40,721 bases of DNA, taken from a bacterium. Its GTDB lineage: Bacteria; Patescibacteriota; Dojkabacteria; JAKAPS01; JAJZLI01. The stretch covers positions 1 through 40,721 of the forward strand of contig JAJZWL010000007.1 of NCBI GenBank assembly GCA_021846685.1. Direction: 5' to 3'. Below, in pieces: positions 27,804 through 38,017 of the stretch (its first letter is position 1; the number at the start of each line of letters is the position of its first letter). Under the pieces are notes generated by a model. That model saw nothing but the letters and a program-made list of their open reading frames with translations, did no database searches and was not told where the DNA came from. The translations under genes were made by a program, and so were the position numbers.

Positions 27804-28181
27804 TTGTTCTTAATGAATAAAAAGAGTAAACAGAATAAACATACAAAGATTTTTCTTTTTTTACTGTTAGTTTTTATAATATCCTTTTTTATCTCAACGC
27901 AATTCTTACTACCTGTAAAAAATTCTCAAGGCACACTAATCGTTAGAAATATATATATAGTCACTAGTGAAATTTTCTTTATTCTATTCTTTTTTATACT
28001 AACTATAATTGACTTTACAGGGAAAATATCTTTCTTGAATATACTTAAAAATGCTATATTAATACCAATTACTATAATTTCACTAGTACTACTCAATGTT
28101 TTTTCAAATCTAAATCTACTCATGATAATAACAATCCCACTCTCTGGAGTAATACTCTATATAATATTATCTATGATATAA
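27804..28181 (+). CDS. Small 4-TM membrane protein
   Basis: Four hydrophobic segments; sits within a co-directional gene run. Confidence 0.65.
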   Translation: MFLMNKKSKQNKHTKIFLFLLLVFIISFFISTQFLLPVKNSQGTLIVRNIYIVTSEIFFILFFFILTIIDFTGKISFLNILKNAILIPITIISLVLLNVFSNLNLLMIITIPLSGVILYIILSMI

Positions 28182-28189
28182 TTTAGGTT

Positions 28190-29770
28190 ATGAAAAAAGA
28201 AAAAAAATTAATAGCAGTATCTTTGCCTTATGCTAATGGAGAAGCACATATAGGTCATATTGCAGGGGGATATCTTCCAGCAGATATATATTATAGATTT
28301 ACTAAACTTATGGGAGAAGATAGTATATTTGTATCTGGATCTGATATGCATGGATCTGGAGTATTACTCTCTGCAGAAAAAATAAATATGGATCCATTAG
28401 AGTATGCATTAAAGAATCATGAGAATTTTAAAAAAGTATTTGAAGAACTTGATATAAAATTTGATATTTATTCCAATACACATACAGATATTCATAAACA
28501 AACAGTAAATGAAATTTTTCTGGACCTGTATAAATCAGGATATATTACAATTAGAGAAGAAGAACAACCTTTTTGTGAACACGATAATAAATTTATACCA
28601 GATAGGTTTGTAGAAGGTATTTGTCCTGTATGTGGAGAAATTAATGTAAAAGTAGGCGAAAGTTGTGATAAATGTGATACTTTAATACTTTTTGAAACTA
28701 TAAAATCTCCAAAATGTAAATTATGTAGAAATATACCTATATTAAAAAAAACTAAGAATTTTTTTCTAGAACTTGAAAAATTTCAAGAACAATTAGAACA
28801 ATATATATTATCAAAAAAAAATTTCAGAAAAAATGTCAAAGATTTTTCACTAGAGTATATCAAAGAAGGGCTTCTTCCTAGATCTATTACCAGAGATATG
28901 AGTTATGGACTTTCAATTCCAATAGAAGGTTTTGAAAATAAAATTATATATGTCTGGTTTGAAGCTTTGATAGGTTATATATCAGCAACAAGAGAAATAA
29001 AAAAAGACTGGAAAGAATATTGGGGTAATAATAGTAAATCGATTTTTTTTATGGGAAAAGACAATATAGTATTTCATAGTATAATTTTACCTGCTATACT
29101 TCTTGCCTCAAGTGAAAAATTTAATTTGCCTTATGAAATAGCTGCTAATGAATATTTACTTTTAGAAGGACAAAAAATGTCTAAAAGTAAAAATCATCTA
29201 CTATTAGCAAAAGATGCTCTAGAAAAATATGGGAAAGATAACTTAAGATTTTATATTGCCATAAGCTTGCCAGAAAACAAAGATTTCAATTTTAAAGAAA
29301 AAGAATTAATTACCATTGTAAATACAACACTGTCTTCAAATATAGGGAATTACGTAAATAGAACTCTGACATTTGCATATAAAAATTTTAATGGTCTAAT
29401 AGAAAAATTTGAATCTATTGAAGACACCAATTATATTAATAGCACATTTGAAGGAATAATAACTGAATTCTCTAATTTTAAAATAAAATCAGCACTCTCT
29501 CAAATAATAGCATTTTCTGATCATGCAAATAAAAGATTTGATACACTCAAAATATGGGAAAATAAGGATAAAAAAAATATGTATATTCTAGCTCAATATG
29601 TATATGCATTAGGTATATTACTTTCACCTATAATTCCAGAATCTTCTTTTAAAATATTAGATATACTTAACATAGATGCAGAAAATAAAACTTTTAAATA
29701 TTCTCCTTATTTTGGAAAAATAAAAAAGCCCTATATAATATTCCCTAAAATAGAAATTAAATATGATTGA
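28190..29770 (+). CDS. metG: Methionyl-tRNA synthetase (short form)
   Basis: LPYANG..HIGH, GSDMHG, Zn knuckles, YVWFEA, GKDNIVFH and KMSKS. Confidence 0.96.
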   Translation: MKKEKKLIAVSLPYANGEAHIGHIAGGYLPADIYYRFTKLMGEDSIFVSGSDMHGSGVLLSAEKINMDPLEYALKNHENFKKVFEELDIKFDIYSNTHTDIHKQTVNEIFLDLYKSGYITIREEEQPFCEHDNKFIPDRFVEGICPVCGEINVKVGESCDKCDTLILFETIKSPKCKLCRNIPILKKTKNFFLELEKFQEQLEQYILSKKNFRKNVKDFSLEYIKEGLLPRSITRDMSYGLSIPIEGFENKIIYVWFEALIGYISATREIKKDWKEYWGNNSKSIFFMGKDNIVFHSIILPAILLASSEKFNLPYEIAANEYLLLEGQKMSKSKNHLLLAKDALEKYGKDNLRFYIAISLPENKDFNFKEKELITIVNTTLSSNIGNYVNRTLTFAYKNFNGLIEKFESIEDTNYINSTFEGIITEFSNFKIKSALSQIIAFSDHANKRFDTLKIWENKDKKNMYILAQYVYALGILLSPIIPESSFKILDILNIDAENKTFKYSPYFGKIKKPYIIFPKIEIKYD

Positions 29771-30503
29771 TACTCATGCACATATAAATAAATTTTATTA
29801 TCCTAATATAGATGAGATCTTAGAACAGGCTCTCCTCAATGGGATTGAAAAAATAATAGTACCAGGAACATCTTTACAAGATTCTAGAGACAATCAACAG
29901 TTTAAAAATAATATGCTTTTTTATGCGATAGGAATTCATCCAGAAACTCAAGATGTAGTAACAAGAGAAGTTCTAGAAAAGATTTATAGTCCAGAAATAA
30001 TAGCTATAGGAGAATGCGGTTTGGATTATTATTACAAATATACGACTCCAGAAGAACAAGAAAAAAAATTTAGAGTACAAATTGAATATGCTATTGAAAA
30101 AAAACTTCCACTAATTGTACATACAAGAGAGGCACTTCAAGATACATATAATATTCTCTCTGATTACTATAAAAATGGAGATAGTGATAAAGGAGTTATC
30201 CATTCTGCTGCAGGAGATATTAAAATTTTAGAAAAAATTGAAAATTTAGGATTCTATCTTTCTTTTAATGGAATTTCTACTTTTCATAATGCACAAAATA
30301 TAAGAGATATAATTTTCGATACAGACACCTCTAAAATATTAATAGAAACTGATTCACCTTTTCTTTCTCCTGTTCCTGTAAGAAATCAGAAACAGAATTC
30401 TCCTTCTAATATTAAATATATTCTAGAAAATATTCAGGATATTAAGGGGAAGGATTTACAAAAAATTATCTATAATAATTCAAAAAAACTTTTCAACATT
30501 TAA
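29763..30503 (+). CDS. tatD: TatD family nuclease
   Basis: IDTHAH, GIHP, IGECGLDY, VHTREA and ETDSPFL. Confidence 0.95.
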   Translation: MIDTHAHINKFYYPNIDEILEQALLNGIEKIIVPGTSLQDSRDNQQFKNNMLFYAIGIHPETQDVVTREVLEKIYSPEIIAIGECGLDYYYKYTTPEEQEKKFRVQIEYAIEKKLPLIVHTREALQDTYNILSDYYKNGDSDKGVIHSAAGDIKILEKIENLGFYLSFNGISTFHNAQNIRDIIFDTDTSKILIETDSPFLSPVPVRNQKQNSPSNIKYILENIQDIKGKDLQKIIYNNSKKLFNI

Positions 30504-30504
30504 T

Positions 30505-31425
30505 ATGAAAAATATATCAGAAATATTAAAAAAAACAAGAATACAAAGTGGACTCACTTTAGATGAAATAGAATCTAATACAAAAATAAAAAAATCTTAT
30601 TTAGAATTTATTGAAAATGGTGAATTTAATAAACTACCTTCAATATCTGCAGCTAAAGGTTTTATAAAAATATACTCCAAATATTTAGGACTAAACTATG
30701 AAGAAGCATTGGTAATATTCAGAAGAGAGAATAAAAATGAAGAAAATCATATGCTTACAAAGAAAAAAAGACGCATAAAAGTTAACTCAATAAAAAATAA
30801 ATATATCTCTTTATATATTTTTCTCATATCCCTAATATTAATACTGGCTCTAATTTACGGAATACACGAGTATATAATATTTAAAATGCCACCAAAAATA
30901 GAAATGTATACCCCATCTTCTCAAAATTTCACAACACATAATTCTTCAGTACTTTTTTCAGGAAAAATCACACTAGGAGATTATATCTATATAGACGGAG
31001 ATAAAATAAATAATATTAATTTAAATGGTACTTTTTCTCAAAAAGTAGGACTGCAAGAAGGATTAAATAATATAAACATAAAGATAAAAAATCCTCTTGG
31101 AGGACAGAATATTAAGTACTATGAAATTGATTATGTTAATAATTTCAATAATAAAATAAATGCAAAAAATGCTTTTTATATAAATATAAAAGATATCTCT
31201 AAACCTATATTTTTAAATGCTACTACGCAGAATAAAACTATATATAATAAAATTTTAAAAGGAGATATCAAAATAAAAGGTATTGCAAGTATAGTATTAA
31301 GCATAGGACAAATACAAAATGTTAAAATATTTTATAAAGGAAAAAATATAGCTCCATCAGGGATAGGATTTTCCATTATTATAATAAAATATAATAATGG
31401 AAAAATTAGTGTAACAAAAAATTAA
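30505..31425 (+). CDS. RodZ-like HTH membrane protein
   Basis: N-terminal HTH (TKIKKSYLEFIENGEF..LP....KGFIKIYSKYLGL), one TM, Ig-like extracellular domain. Confidence 0.8.
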   Translation: MKNISEILKKTRIQSGLTLDEIESNTKIKKSYLEFIENGEFNKLPSISAAKGFIKIYSKYLGLNYEEALVIFRRENKNEENHMLTKKKRRIKVNSIKNKYISLYIFLISLILILALIYGIHEYIIFKMPPKIEMYTPSSQNFTTHNSSVLFSGKITLGDYIYIDGDKINNINLNGTFSQKVGLQEGLNNINIKIKNPLGGQNIKYYEIDYVNNFNNKINAKNAFYINIKDISKPIFLNATTQNKTIYNKILKGDIKIKGIASIVLSIGQIQNVKIFYKGKNIAPSGIGFSIIIIKYNNGKISVTKN

Positions 31426-31448
31426 AAAATTATGTTATATTATATAAT

Positions 31449-31742
31449 ATGGAGATAGTATATAGTACATTAATGATTATAATTTCAGTATTAATTATAG
31501 TAATATTGATTATACTTATAAAAACAATATTTGATATAGATAAAAATGTTGTTAAAGGAAAAGATATTATAGAAAATGTTTCTGATATCACAAAAAATGC
31601 AAAAGAAGAACAAGAAAAGATCCAAAACGTTATAAACGATAAAATAGATAAAGTAACTTTTATATCTAAATTAAAAATAGTAGAAAATTTAGTAGGAACA
31701 ATTTCAAAAATTTATAAAAATAAAAAAAAGGATAATCATTAA
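31449..31742 (+). CDS. Small single-TM coiled-coil protein
   Basis: N-terminal TM, then a charged helical region; overlaps the ftsA-like start. Confidence 0.65.
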   Translation: MEIVYSTLMIIISVLIIVILIILIKTIFDIDKNVVKGKDIIENVSDITKNAKEEQEKIQNVINDKIDKVTFISKLKIVENLVGTISKIYKNKKKDNH

Positions 31743-32965
31743 TGGCTATATTTGGAAAAAAAACAAAAGAAGATAATAACGCATTTATATCACTAGATAT
31801 AGGGACAGAATTTGTTAAAACATTAATATGTAATATAGAAGAGGATAATGTCATAATTTCAGGATATGGGAAAGTCAGACAACCAATACACGCTATGAAA
31901 GGTGGAGTTATTACAAATATCAAAAGCGTTATAACTACATGTCAAAAATCAATTGATCTTGCAATGGAAGAACTTGAGGATACACCAATACCAACTAAAG
32001 TTGTTGTAGGTATTGCAGGAGAATTAGTAAAAGGAGTTGGAATAAAGATTAATTATGAGAGAGAAAATCCAGAAAAAAATATTGATGAAAAAGAAATAAA
32101 AAATATTTTAGATAAAGTTCATGATACCGCTTATGAAGAAGCTATGAAGAAATTCACTGCATCTACTGGATCTGATAAAACTCAAATTAAACTCATTAAC
32201 GCAACAGTTACAGATACATATATAGATGATTATAAAATTACAACTCCTATTGGGTTAAAAGGTAAAAAAGTTACTTTAAATATATATTTTGTATACACCC
32301 CTTTGATATTTGCAGGTGCACTAGATGATATATTAAAAGAATTATCTCTTTCTCCCATAATAATAGCTGTACAACCTTTTGCCATTGCAAGATCCGTTAG
32401 AGGAGCCAGAGAGTCTAGTTTTGATGCAATAATTATAGATATAGGAGGAGGAACTACTGATATAGCACTCATTTCGCAAGGAACTTTTCAAGACACACAA
32501 ATGTTCGCAATGGGAGGGCGATCTTTTACAAAAAGAATTGCAGCCGATTTATCAATATCATATGATGATGCTGAAAATTTAAAAATTCAATATACAGAAC
32601 AAGATATAGACAGAGGAAAAGCATTGCAAATAAGAGATGCTGTAAAAAAAGATTTAGATCTCTGGATATCTGGTGTTGAAATATCATTAGAAGAAATGGA
32701 AAATATTAAAATATATCCAGATCAGATACTATTATGCGGAGGAGGATCTAAACTTTCTGAAATAAGAACAAAATTAGTTGAATATCCTTGGTCAGTACTA
32801 CTTCCATTTAATCGAAATCCGAAAATAAACTTTTTATCTCCTGAAAAAATAGATGGAGTTATCGATAAAACACTTAAATTAACTAAACCTGAAGATGTGA
32901 CCCCTGTATCCTTAGCTCGAATTGTTTTAGACATAATAAAAGATGATGTTATTATTGCTATATAA
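31742..32965 (+). CDS. ftsA: FtsA-like actin-fold ATPase
   Basis: SLDIGTE.VK, MKGGVITNI, IDIGGGTTD, GG.SFTK.IA and LCGGGS.L. Confidence 0.8.
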   Translation: MAIFGKKTKEDNNAFISLDIGTEFVKTLICNIEEDNVIISGYGKVRQPIHAMKGGVITNIKSVITTCQKSIDLAMEELEDTPIPTKVVVGIAGELVKGVGIKINYERENPEKNIDEKEIKNILDKVHDTAYEEAMKKFTASTGSDKTQIKLINATVTDTYIDDYKITTPIGLKGKKVTLNIYFVYTPLIFAGALDDILKELSLSPIIIAVQPFAIARSVRGARESSFDAIIIDIGGGTTDIALISQGTFQDTQMFAMGGRSFTKRIAADLSISYDDAENLKIQYTEQDIDRGKALQIRDAVKKDLDLWISGVEISLEEMENIKIYPDQILLCGGGSKLSEIRTKLVEYPWSVLLPFNRNPKINFLSPEKIDGVIDKTLKLTKPEDVTPVSLARIVLDIIKDDVIIAI

Positions 32966-32967
32966 AT

Positions 32968-34833
32968 ATGAAAGATACTAAAGTATTCGTCGATTTAGAT
33001 GACGAAATAACATTTATAACTGAAAAAATTATAAATACTGATACAAACAGGGTAATATTAGTAGTTCCAGAAAGATCAGACATTATAACTTCCCTAGTTG
33101 GCCTAAAAATGCTGCGTAAGGTTATTGATAAAAATGACAAAGATGTAGTTATTGTCACAATGGATGAACAGGGAAAAAATATAGCACTGAATGCGGGCTT
33201 CATATCTGTGTCTAAAATAGGAGATGTAAATGAAGAAGTCTGGAGAGAAACTGTAAGAATAAAAAAACGAATACATGATGCTATGTCAATGTCTAATAAG
33301 GTTCCTTTTAAAGATGAATTATATAAAAGTGTTGACAATAGAGAAGAAACAAAGAAAGCTCAACAAGAAAAATTTTTTGAATATAAACCAGAGGAAAATA
33401 CTCCAATTCCTTTAAATTCAACCACTGAGAGTGTAGATAATAAAAAAATCAATCCTGATAAAAGAGGAAATATCAAAAGAGTTGAATTTAATAAAGAACC
33501 AATATCCTCCTCTAAGAAAGTATCTCTTGACGGATTTGAACTAATAGCAGGAGGAGATGTTGCCTCTTTCAAAGATACTGAGAATATAGATAAAAATATT
33601 AACCCTGATAGAAGTAAAGCACCTTTTGAAAATAATGAATTTAAAAGAGATATAAATAAAACAAACAAATTTAAAAGTATTTTCTTTAAGGATAATAATA
33701 AAAATAAAAGATTTAATAAATTAATAATTTTCTTAGGAATTTTTATTCTTCTGATTATATTTATTATTTATTATTTATTCTTAACAGTATCGACTGTTAG
33801 TATAACGATGTCAGGGAAAAAAATTCAATCTCAATCAACAATAACCATAAATCCTAATATATCTAGTATAAATGGTCATAAATTAGAAATCCCATCCAAA
33901 ATAGTCTCTATAAGTGAATCTGGTTCAAATTCAATTCCTACCACAGGAACTAAAACTATTCAAACAGGAAGCTTTGCCTCAGGATCAATAACGTTTTCTA
34001 ATACCTCAACAAGTGCTGTAACAATACCTGCCTCTACTCAATTTACAGATTCCAATAATATATCATTTGTAACTACCTCATCTATCAAAGTACCTGCAGC
34101 GACTGTAACACGTACTACTACATCTCAAACAATTAATTATGGTACTGCAACTCAAAATGAAACACTCAATACAAATACAGGAATTGGTGCAAATGATACA
34201 TTTTCTAATTCTAATTATTCAAGCATTACAGCTACTAATCCTTCTGCATTTTCTCAAGGAAATGAAAGTACATCTACACAACAAGTTGTTACTGCAAATG
34301 ACGCTAATAATTTACAAAGTACACTATCTCAAGAATTATTTGCAAGAGGAAAAGGCAAATTATCATCCTCTGGAAATATGAAGATAATACAACAATCAAT
34401 AAAAAATATTATTGTAAATAAAAATTTCGATCACACAATAGGATCAGTAGCTTCTGTATTAAATCTTTCTATGAATACGAAAACAGTAGCTCAAGAGTAT
34501 AACAGTAATAATATATATTCTGCTATAGTCAAGAATCAAGAATACTATGGAAATACAATAAATAATGTCAAATTTTCTATAACAAGAATTTATACAGATT
34601 CATCAGGAAACATTAAAATTTCAATTAATTACACAGGGATATTATTTAAAAATATAAATAAAAATAATATACTTAATACTATTAAAGGAAAATCATTCTC
34701 AAGTGCTAAAAACTATATACAAGGAATGAAAAATATAAACAAAGTATCAATTCAGGATAATCCATATATATTCTCAATAATAGGACTTCTACCTTCAAAT
34801 AAAAATAATATTAAAATTAAAGTATTAAACTAA
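32968..34833 (+). CDS. Single-TM protein with baseplate-J/gp47-like extracellular region
   Basis: N-terminal DDEIT....I...RVILVVP domain, TM near aa 250-272, ASGSITFSN......IPASTQF and ITATNPSAFSQG....VVT..D motifs. Confidence 0.65.
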   Translation: MKDTKVFVDLDDEITFITEKIINTDTNRVILVVPERSDIITSLVGLKMLRKVIDKNDKDVVIVTMDEQGKNIALNAGFISVSKIGDVNEEVWRETVRIKKRIHDAMSMSNKVPFKDELYKSVDNREETKKAQQEKFFEYKPEENTPIPLNSTTESVDNKKINPDKRGNIKRVEFNKEPISSSKKVSLDGFELIAGGDVASFKDTENIDKNINPDRSKAPFENNEFKRDINKTNKFKSIFFKDNNKNKRFNKLIIFLGIFILLIIFIIYYLFLTVSTVSITMSGKKIQSQSTITINPNISSINGHKLEIPSKIVSISESGSNSIPTTGTKTIQTGSFASGSITFSNTSTSAVTIPASTQFTDSNNISFVTTSSIKVPAATVTRTTTSQTINYGTATQNETLNTNTGIGANDTFSNSNYSSITATNPSAFSQGNESTSTQQVVTANDANNLQSTLSQELFARGKGKLSSSGNMKIIQQSIKNIIVNKNFDHTIGSVASVLNLSMNTKTVAQEYNSNNIYSAIVKNQEYYGNTINNVKFSITRIYTDSSGNIKISINYTGILFKNINKNNILNTIKGKSFSSAKNYIQGMKNINKVSIQDNPYIFSIIGLLPSNKNNIKIKVLN

Positions 34834-35048
34834 ATATAAGGTTAATACTTTTAACCCACATTATGCTGTTTGAAATGGAGAAAATACCTTCAGAGACCTT
34901 AAAGTGTTTATTACTTACAATTCCAAAATGAACTATGTAAATCTCAAAATCACTTATACAGAATACAACATTTGTTTTCTTTAAATAACCTCAGTTATAT
35001 TTAATTATTGAGATAAAAATTTTAATGTATATCTTGAAATTAATAGCT

Positions 35049-35798
35049 TTAATTTGTTATTACTATTTTTTTAACTATAACTTTCAATAAAGGTCTATGA
35101 TGTGCTTTTGAATTTACAGGGACATTTCCTATTTTATTAGCGACACTCATACCACTTGTAACCTTTCCAAAAACAGTATACATTCCATTTAATTGAGTAT
35201 CTTTCCCTAAAGTAATAAATACTTGTGAACCATTTGTATTTGGACCACTATTAGCCATAGCTATAACTCCTGTAGCAAAAGGAATAGATTTCACATTAGA
35301 AACATATGTATACCCTTTCTTTTTATAACTGTTTATTAATAATTGAGGCATACCTAAACTTACAGGATTAATTTGATCTTTGAATGTATAACCTGGACCT
35401 CCAGTTCCTGTTCCAGTTGGATCCCCTGTTTGAATCATAAACCCTTTTATAACTCTTTGAAATATAACATTATTATAAAAACCAGATTTTGCTAAGAAAA
35501 CAAAATTATTAACTGCTAAAGGTGCAGCTGCTGAATATAATGTTAAATGAATATTCCCATATGATGTTTCTATAGTAGCTTTATAATTTTTATTTTTATT
35601 TATACAAAACTTTGGATATGCTGAATATTTTTTAACTGAAGGTTGATATGCTATATTACATGGATTTGAAAGACTAAAATTGATTTTATTGCCAGTAGAT
35701 ACATACACTAAAAGTATCATTATAGCTAAAACAATTACAGCTAAAATAGAATACTCAATCAGAGTTATTTTTTTCACATTAATATTATCCATATTCAA
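35049..35798 (-). CDS. Membrane-anchored cyclophilin-type PPIase
   Basis: AP.AVNNFVFLA..GFY, RVIKGFMIQTGDPTGTGTGGPG and AMANSGPNTNGSQ. Confidence 0.93.
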   Translation of the reverse strand: MNMDNINVKKITLIEYSILAVIVLAIMILLVYVSTGNKINFSLSNPCNIAYQPSVKKYSAYPKFCINKNKNYKATIETSYGNIHLTLYSAAAPLAVNNFVFLAKSGFYNNVIFQRVIKGFMIQTGDPTGTGTGGPGYTFKDQINPVSLGMPQLLINSYKKKGYTYVSNVKSIPFATGVIAMANSGPNTNGSQVFITLGKDTQLNGMYTVFGKVTSGMSVANKIGNVPVNSKAHHRPLLKVIVKKIVITN

Positions 35799-35839
35799 CT
35801 AGAGATATTAACATAAAATATAGAGTTTCTCAAATTTAT

Positions 35840-38017
35840 ATGCTAAACTTTGGTATAACAATGGGAAGAAAGAAAAAATCTGCAATTGAAAAAAGCTTAG
35901 CCACTAAAAAGGGGCCTAAATTTGAAGGACAAGATACATATATAATTATAGGTATAATCCTTCTTATATTATCCTTACTCTCCTTTGCTGGGGTTTTTAT
36001 ACATATAAATGCTTTAAAATTTCTATATATTATACTTGGAGAGGGAATTATAGTTTTTGCAATATTCTCCTTCTTATTATCTTTAAGATTTTTAGGTACT
36101 AAAATAAAATTTAATACAATTTCTTCAATTATAGGGTTGTTTATATTTATAGTATCAATACTTTCATTTATAAATTTAATTTACTCACAAAGTATTTCTT
36201 TCATACTATCATCTCATGGTAAGGCTGGCGGAGCAGTAGGATATATCGTTTCTGAATATCTTCGATCAGAATTAACCAGGGTTGGATCTATAATTATACT
36301 TATCCCAATTATTATAATCTCCTTAATGATGTCTCTATCATTTTCATTTTTAGAATCTATAAGAAAAATAAAAGAATCTATAAATTATGTGTTTGAAAGA
36401 ATACAGGAATTATCTTCAAAAGAACCTAAACAAGAAAAGAAAGAAGATAATAATGATAATATTCAAAAAATAGAATTTGAAGTAACAGGAAAAAATGATG
36501 ACACAATGGTAGGATCTTTATCAGGAAAGAATACCCTTTTAAAGAAAAATCCTTTAAAGAGAAAAACAGAGATTGAAACCATTCGTTTTGATAATTGGGA
36601 ACTACCTTCAATTAATTTTTTAAATGAGATAAAAAGAATAAATGTAGTTAATAATGATGATATAAAAAGAAATTCTGAAATTATAGAAAGAACATTAGAA
36701 AGTTTTAATATAGTATCTCGAGTTGTAGATATATCTATAGGTCCAGTGATTACAAGATATGCATTACAAATAAAAACAGGGACAAAAGTTTCAAAAATTA
36801 ATACACTATCAAGAGATATTGCTCTTGCACTAGCAGCTCCATCAGGTTCTGTTAGAATTGATGCTCCTATTCCTGGAACATCTTTAGTTGGAATAGAAAT
36901 GCCTAATCCTAAATCTCAAATTGTCTCATTTAAAAATTTAATAAATAGTTCTGAATTTAATGATCCTAGTAATAAAATCCCACTTGCTATGGGAGAAGAT
37001 GTTACAGGAGAAATAATTATAAAAGACTTATCTTCTATGCCTCATCTTTTAGTAGCAGGATCTACAGGATCTGGAAAAAGTATGTTGATAAATTCATTTT
37101 TATTAGGATTATTATATAAACATTCTCCAGATACATTAAAATTAATACTGGTAGATCCAAAACATGTAGAACTTTCAGTTTATAATGGGATCCCTCATTT
37201 ATTAACTCCAGTTATTACTGACATGAATAGTGTAAATAATGCACTTAAATGGTCATTAGTAGAAATGACAAGAAGATATGATCTATTAAAAAATGAAGGT
37301 GTACGGAATATAGATGGGTATAACGCAATAAAAGAAAAAGAAGATAAATTATCAAATATAATAATAGTAATTGATGAAATGGCTGATTTAATGCTTACAA
37401 AAGGAGTAGAAATTGAAAATTCTATTGTAAGATTAGCTCAAATGGCAAGAGCTGTAGGAATACATCTTATACTTGCTACTCAAAGACCTTCTGTAAATGT
37501 TATAACTGGGCTTATAAAAGCAAATATACCTGCAAGAATAGCACTTTCAGTATCTTCCTCTATAGATTCAAGAGTAATATTAGACCAAATGGGAGCGGAA
37601 ACACTACTAGGAAAGGGAGATATGTTGTTTAAGTCACCAGATTTAGGAAGAACAATAAGACTTCAAGGGCCATTAGTAACAGAAGAAGAAATATCAAGAG
37701 TTATTACATTTATATCTAAACAAGGAGTAGAATTCTCCTCCTATAATGAAGAAATTCTTAAACCTCAAAATCAAAGTTTACAAGATGATTCAGCACAAGG
37801 CTCATATGAGGATCCACTATTCCCTGATGCAGTAAGAGTTGTAGTTAATGCAAAAAGAGGATCTGCATCAATACTTCAATCAAAATTAAAAATAGGTTAT
37901 GCCAGAGCTGCTAGATTAATCTATGAATTAGAAAGTAATGGCGTAGTAGGACCTCAAGATGGATCCAAACCAAGAGAAGTATTAATTGATGATGCAGATA
38001 ACTTTTTATCAGAGTAA
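35840..38017 (+). CDS. ftsK: DNA translocase FtsK/SpoIIIE (start may be 35861)
   Basis: 4 N-terminal TMs, PHLLVAGSTGSGKS, IDEMADLM, LATQRPS and gamma domain IGYARAARL. Confidence 0.96.
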   Translation: MLNFGITMGRKKKSAIEKSLATKKGPKFEGQDTYIIIGIILLILSLLSFAGVFIHINALKFLYIILGEGIIVFAIFSFLLSLRFLGTKIKFNTISSIIGLFIFIVSILSFINLIYSQSISFILSSHGKAGGAVGYIVSEYLRSELTRVGSIIILIPIIIISLMMSLSFSFLESIRKIKESINYVFERIQELSSKEPKQEKKEDNNDNIQKIEFEVTGKNDDTMVGSLSGKNTLLKKNPLKRKTEIETIRFDNWELPSINFLNEIKRINVVNNDDIKRNSEIIERTLESFNIVSRVVDISIGPVITRYALQIKTGTKVSKINTLSRDIALALAAPSGSVRIDAPIPGTSLVGIEMPNPKSQIVSFKNLINSSEFNDPSNKIPLAMGEDVTGEIIIKDLSSMPHLLVAGSTGSGKSMLINSFLLGLLYKHSPDTLKLILVDPKHVELSVYNGIPHLLTPVITDMNSVNNALKWSLVEMTRRYDLLKNEGVRNIDGYNAIKEKEDKLSNIIIVIDEMADLMLTKGVEIENSIVRLAQMARAVGIHLILATQRPSVNVITGLIKANIPARIALSVSSSIDSRVILDQMGAETLLGKGDMLFKSPDLGRTIRLQGPLVTEEEISRVITFISKQGVEFSSYNEEILKPQNQSLQDDSAQGSYEDPLFPDAVRVVVNAKRGSASILQSKLKIGYARAARLIYELESNGVVGPQDGSKPREVLIDDADNFLSE

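Noticed and set aside
34834-35048. Intergenic region with AGGTTA/TAACCT ends as a MITE or RNA gene
   Set aside because: Only about 6 bp of symmetry, and no tRNA-like or stable structure that I could support.
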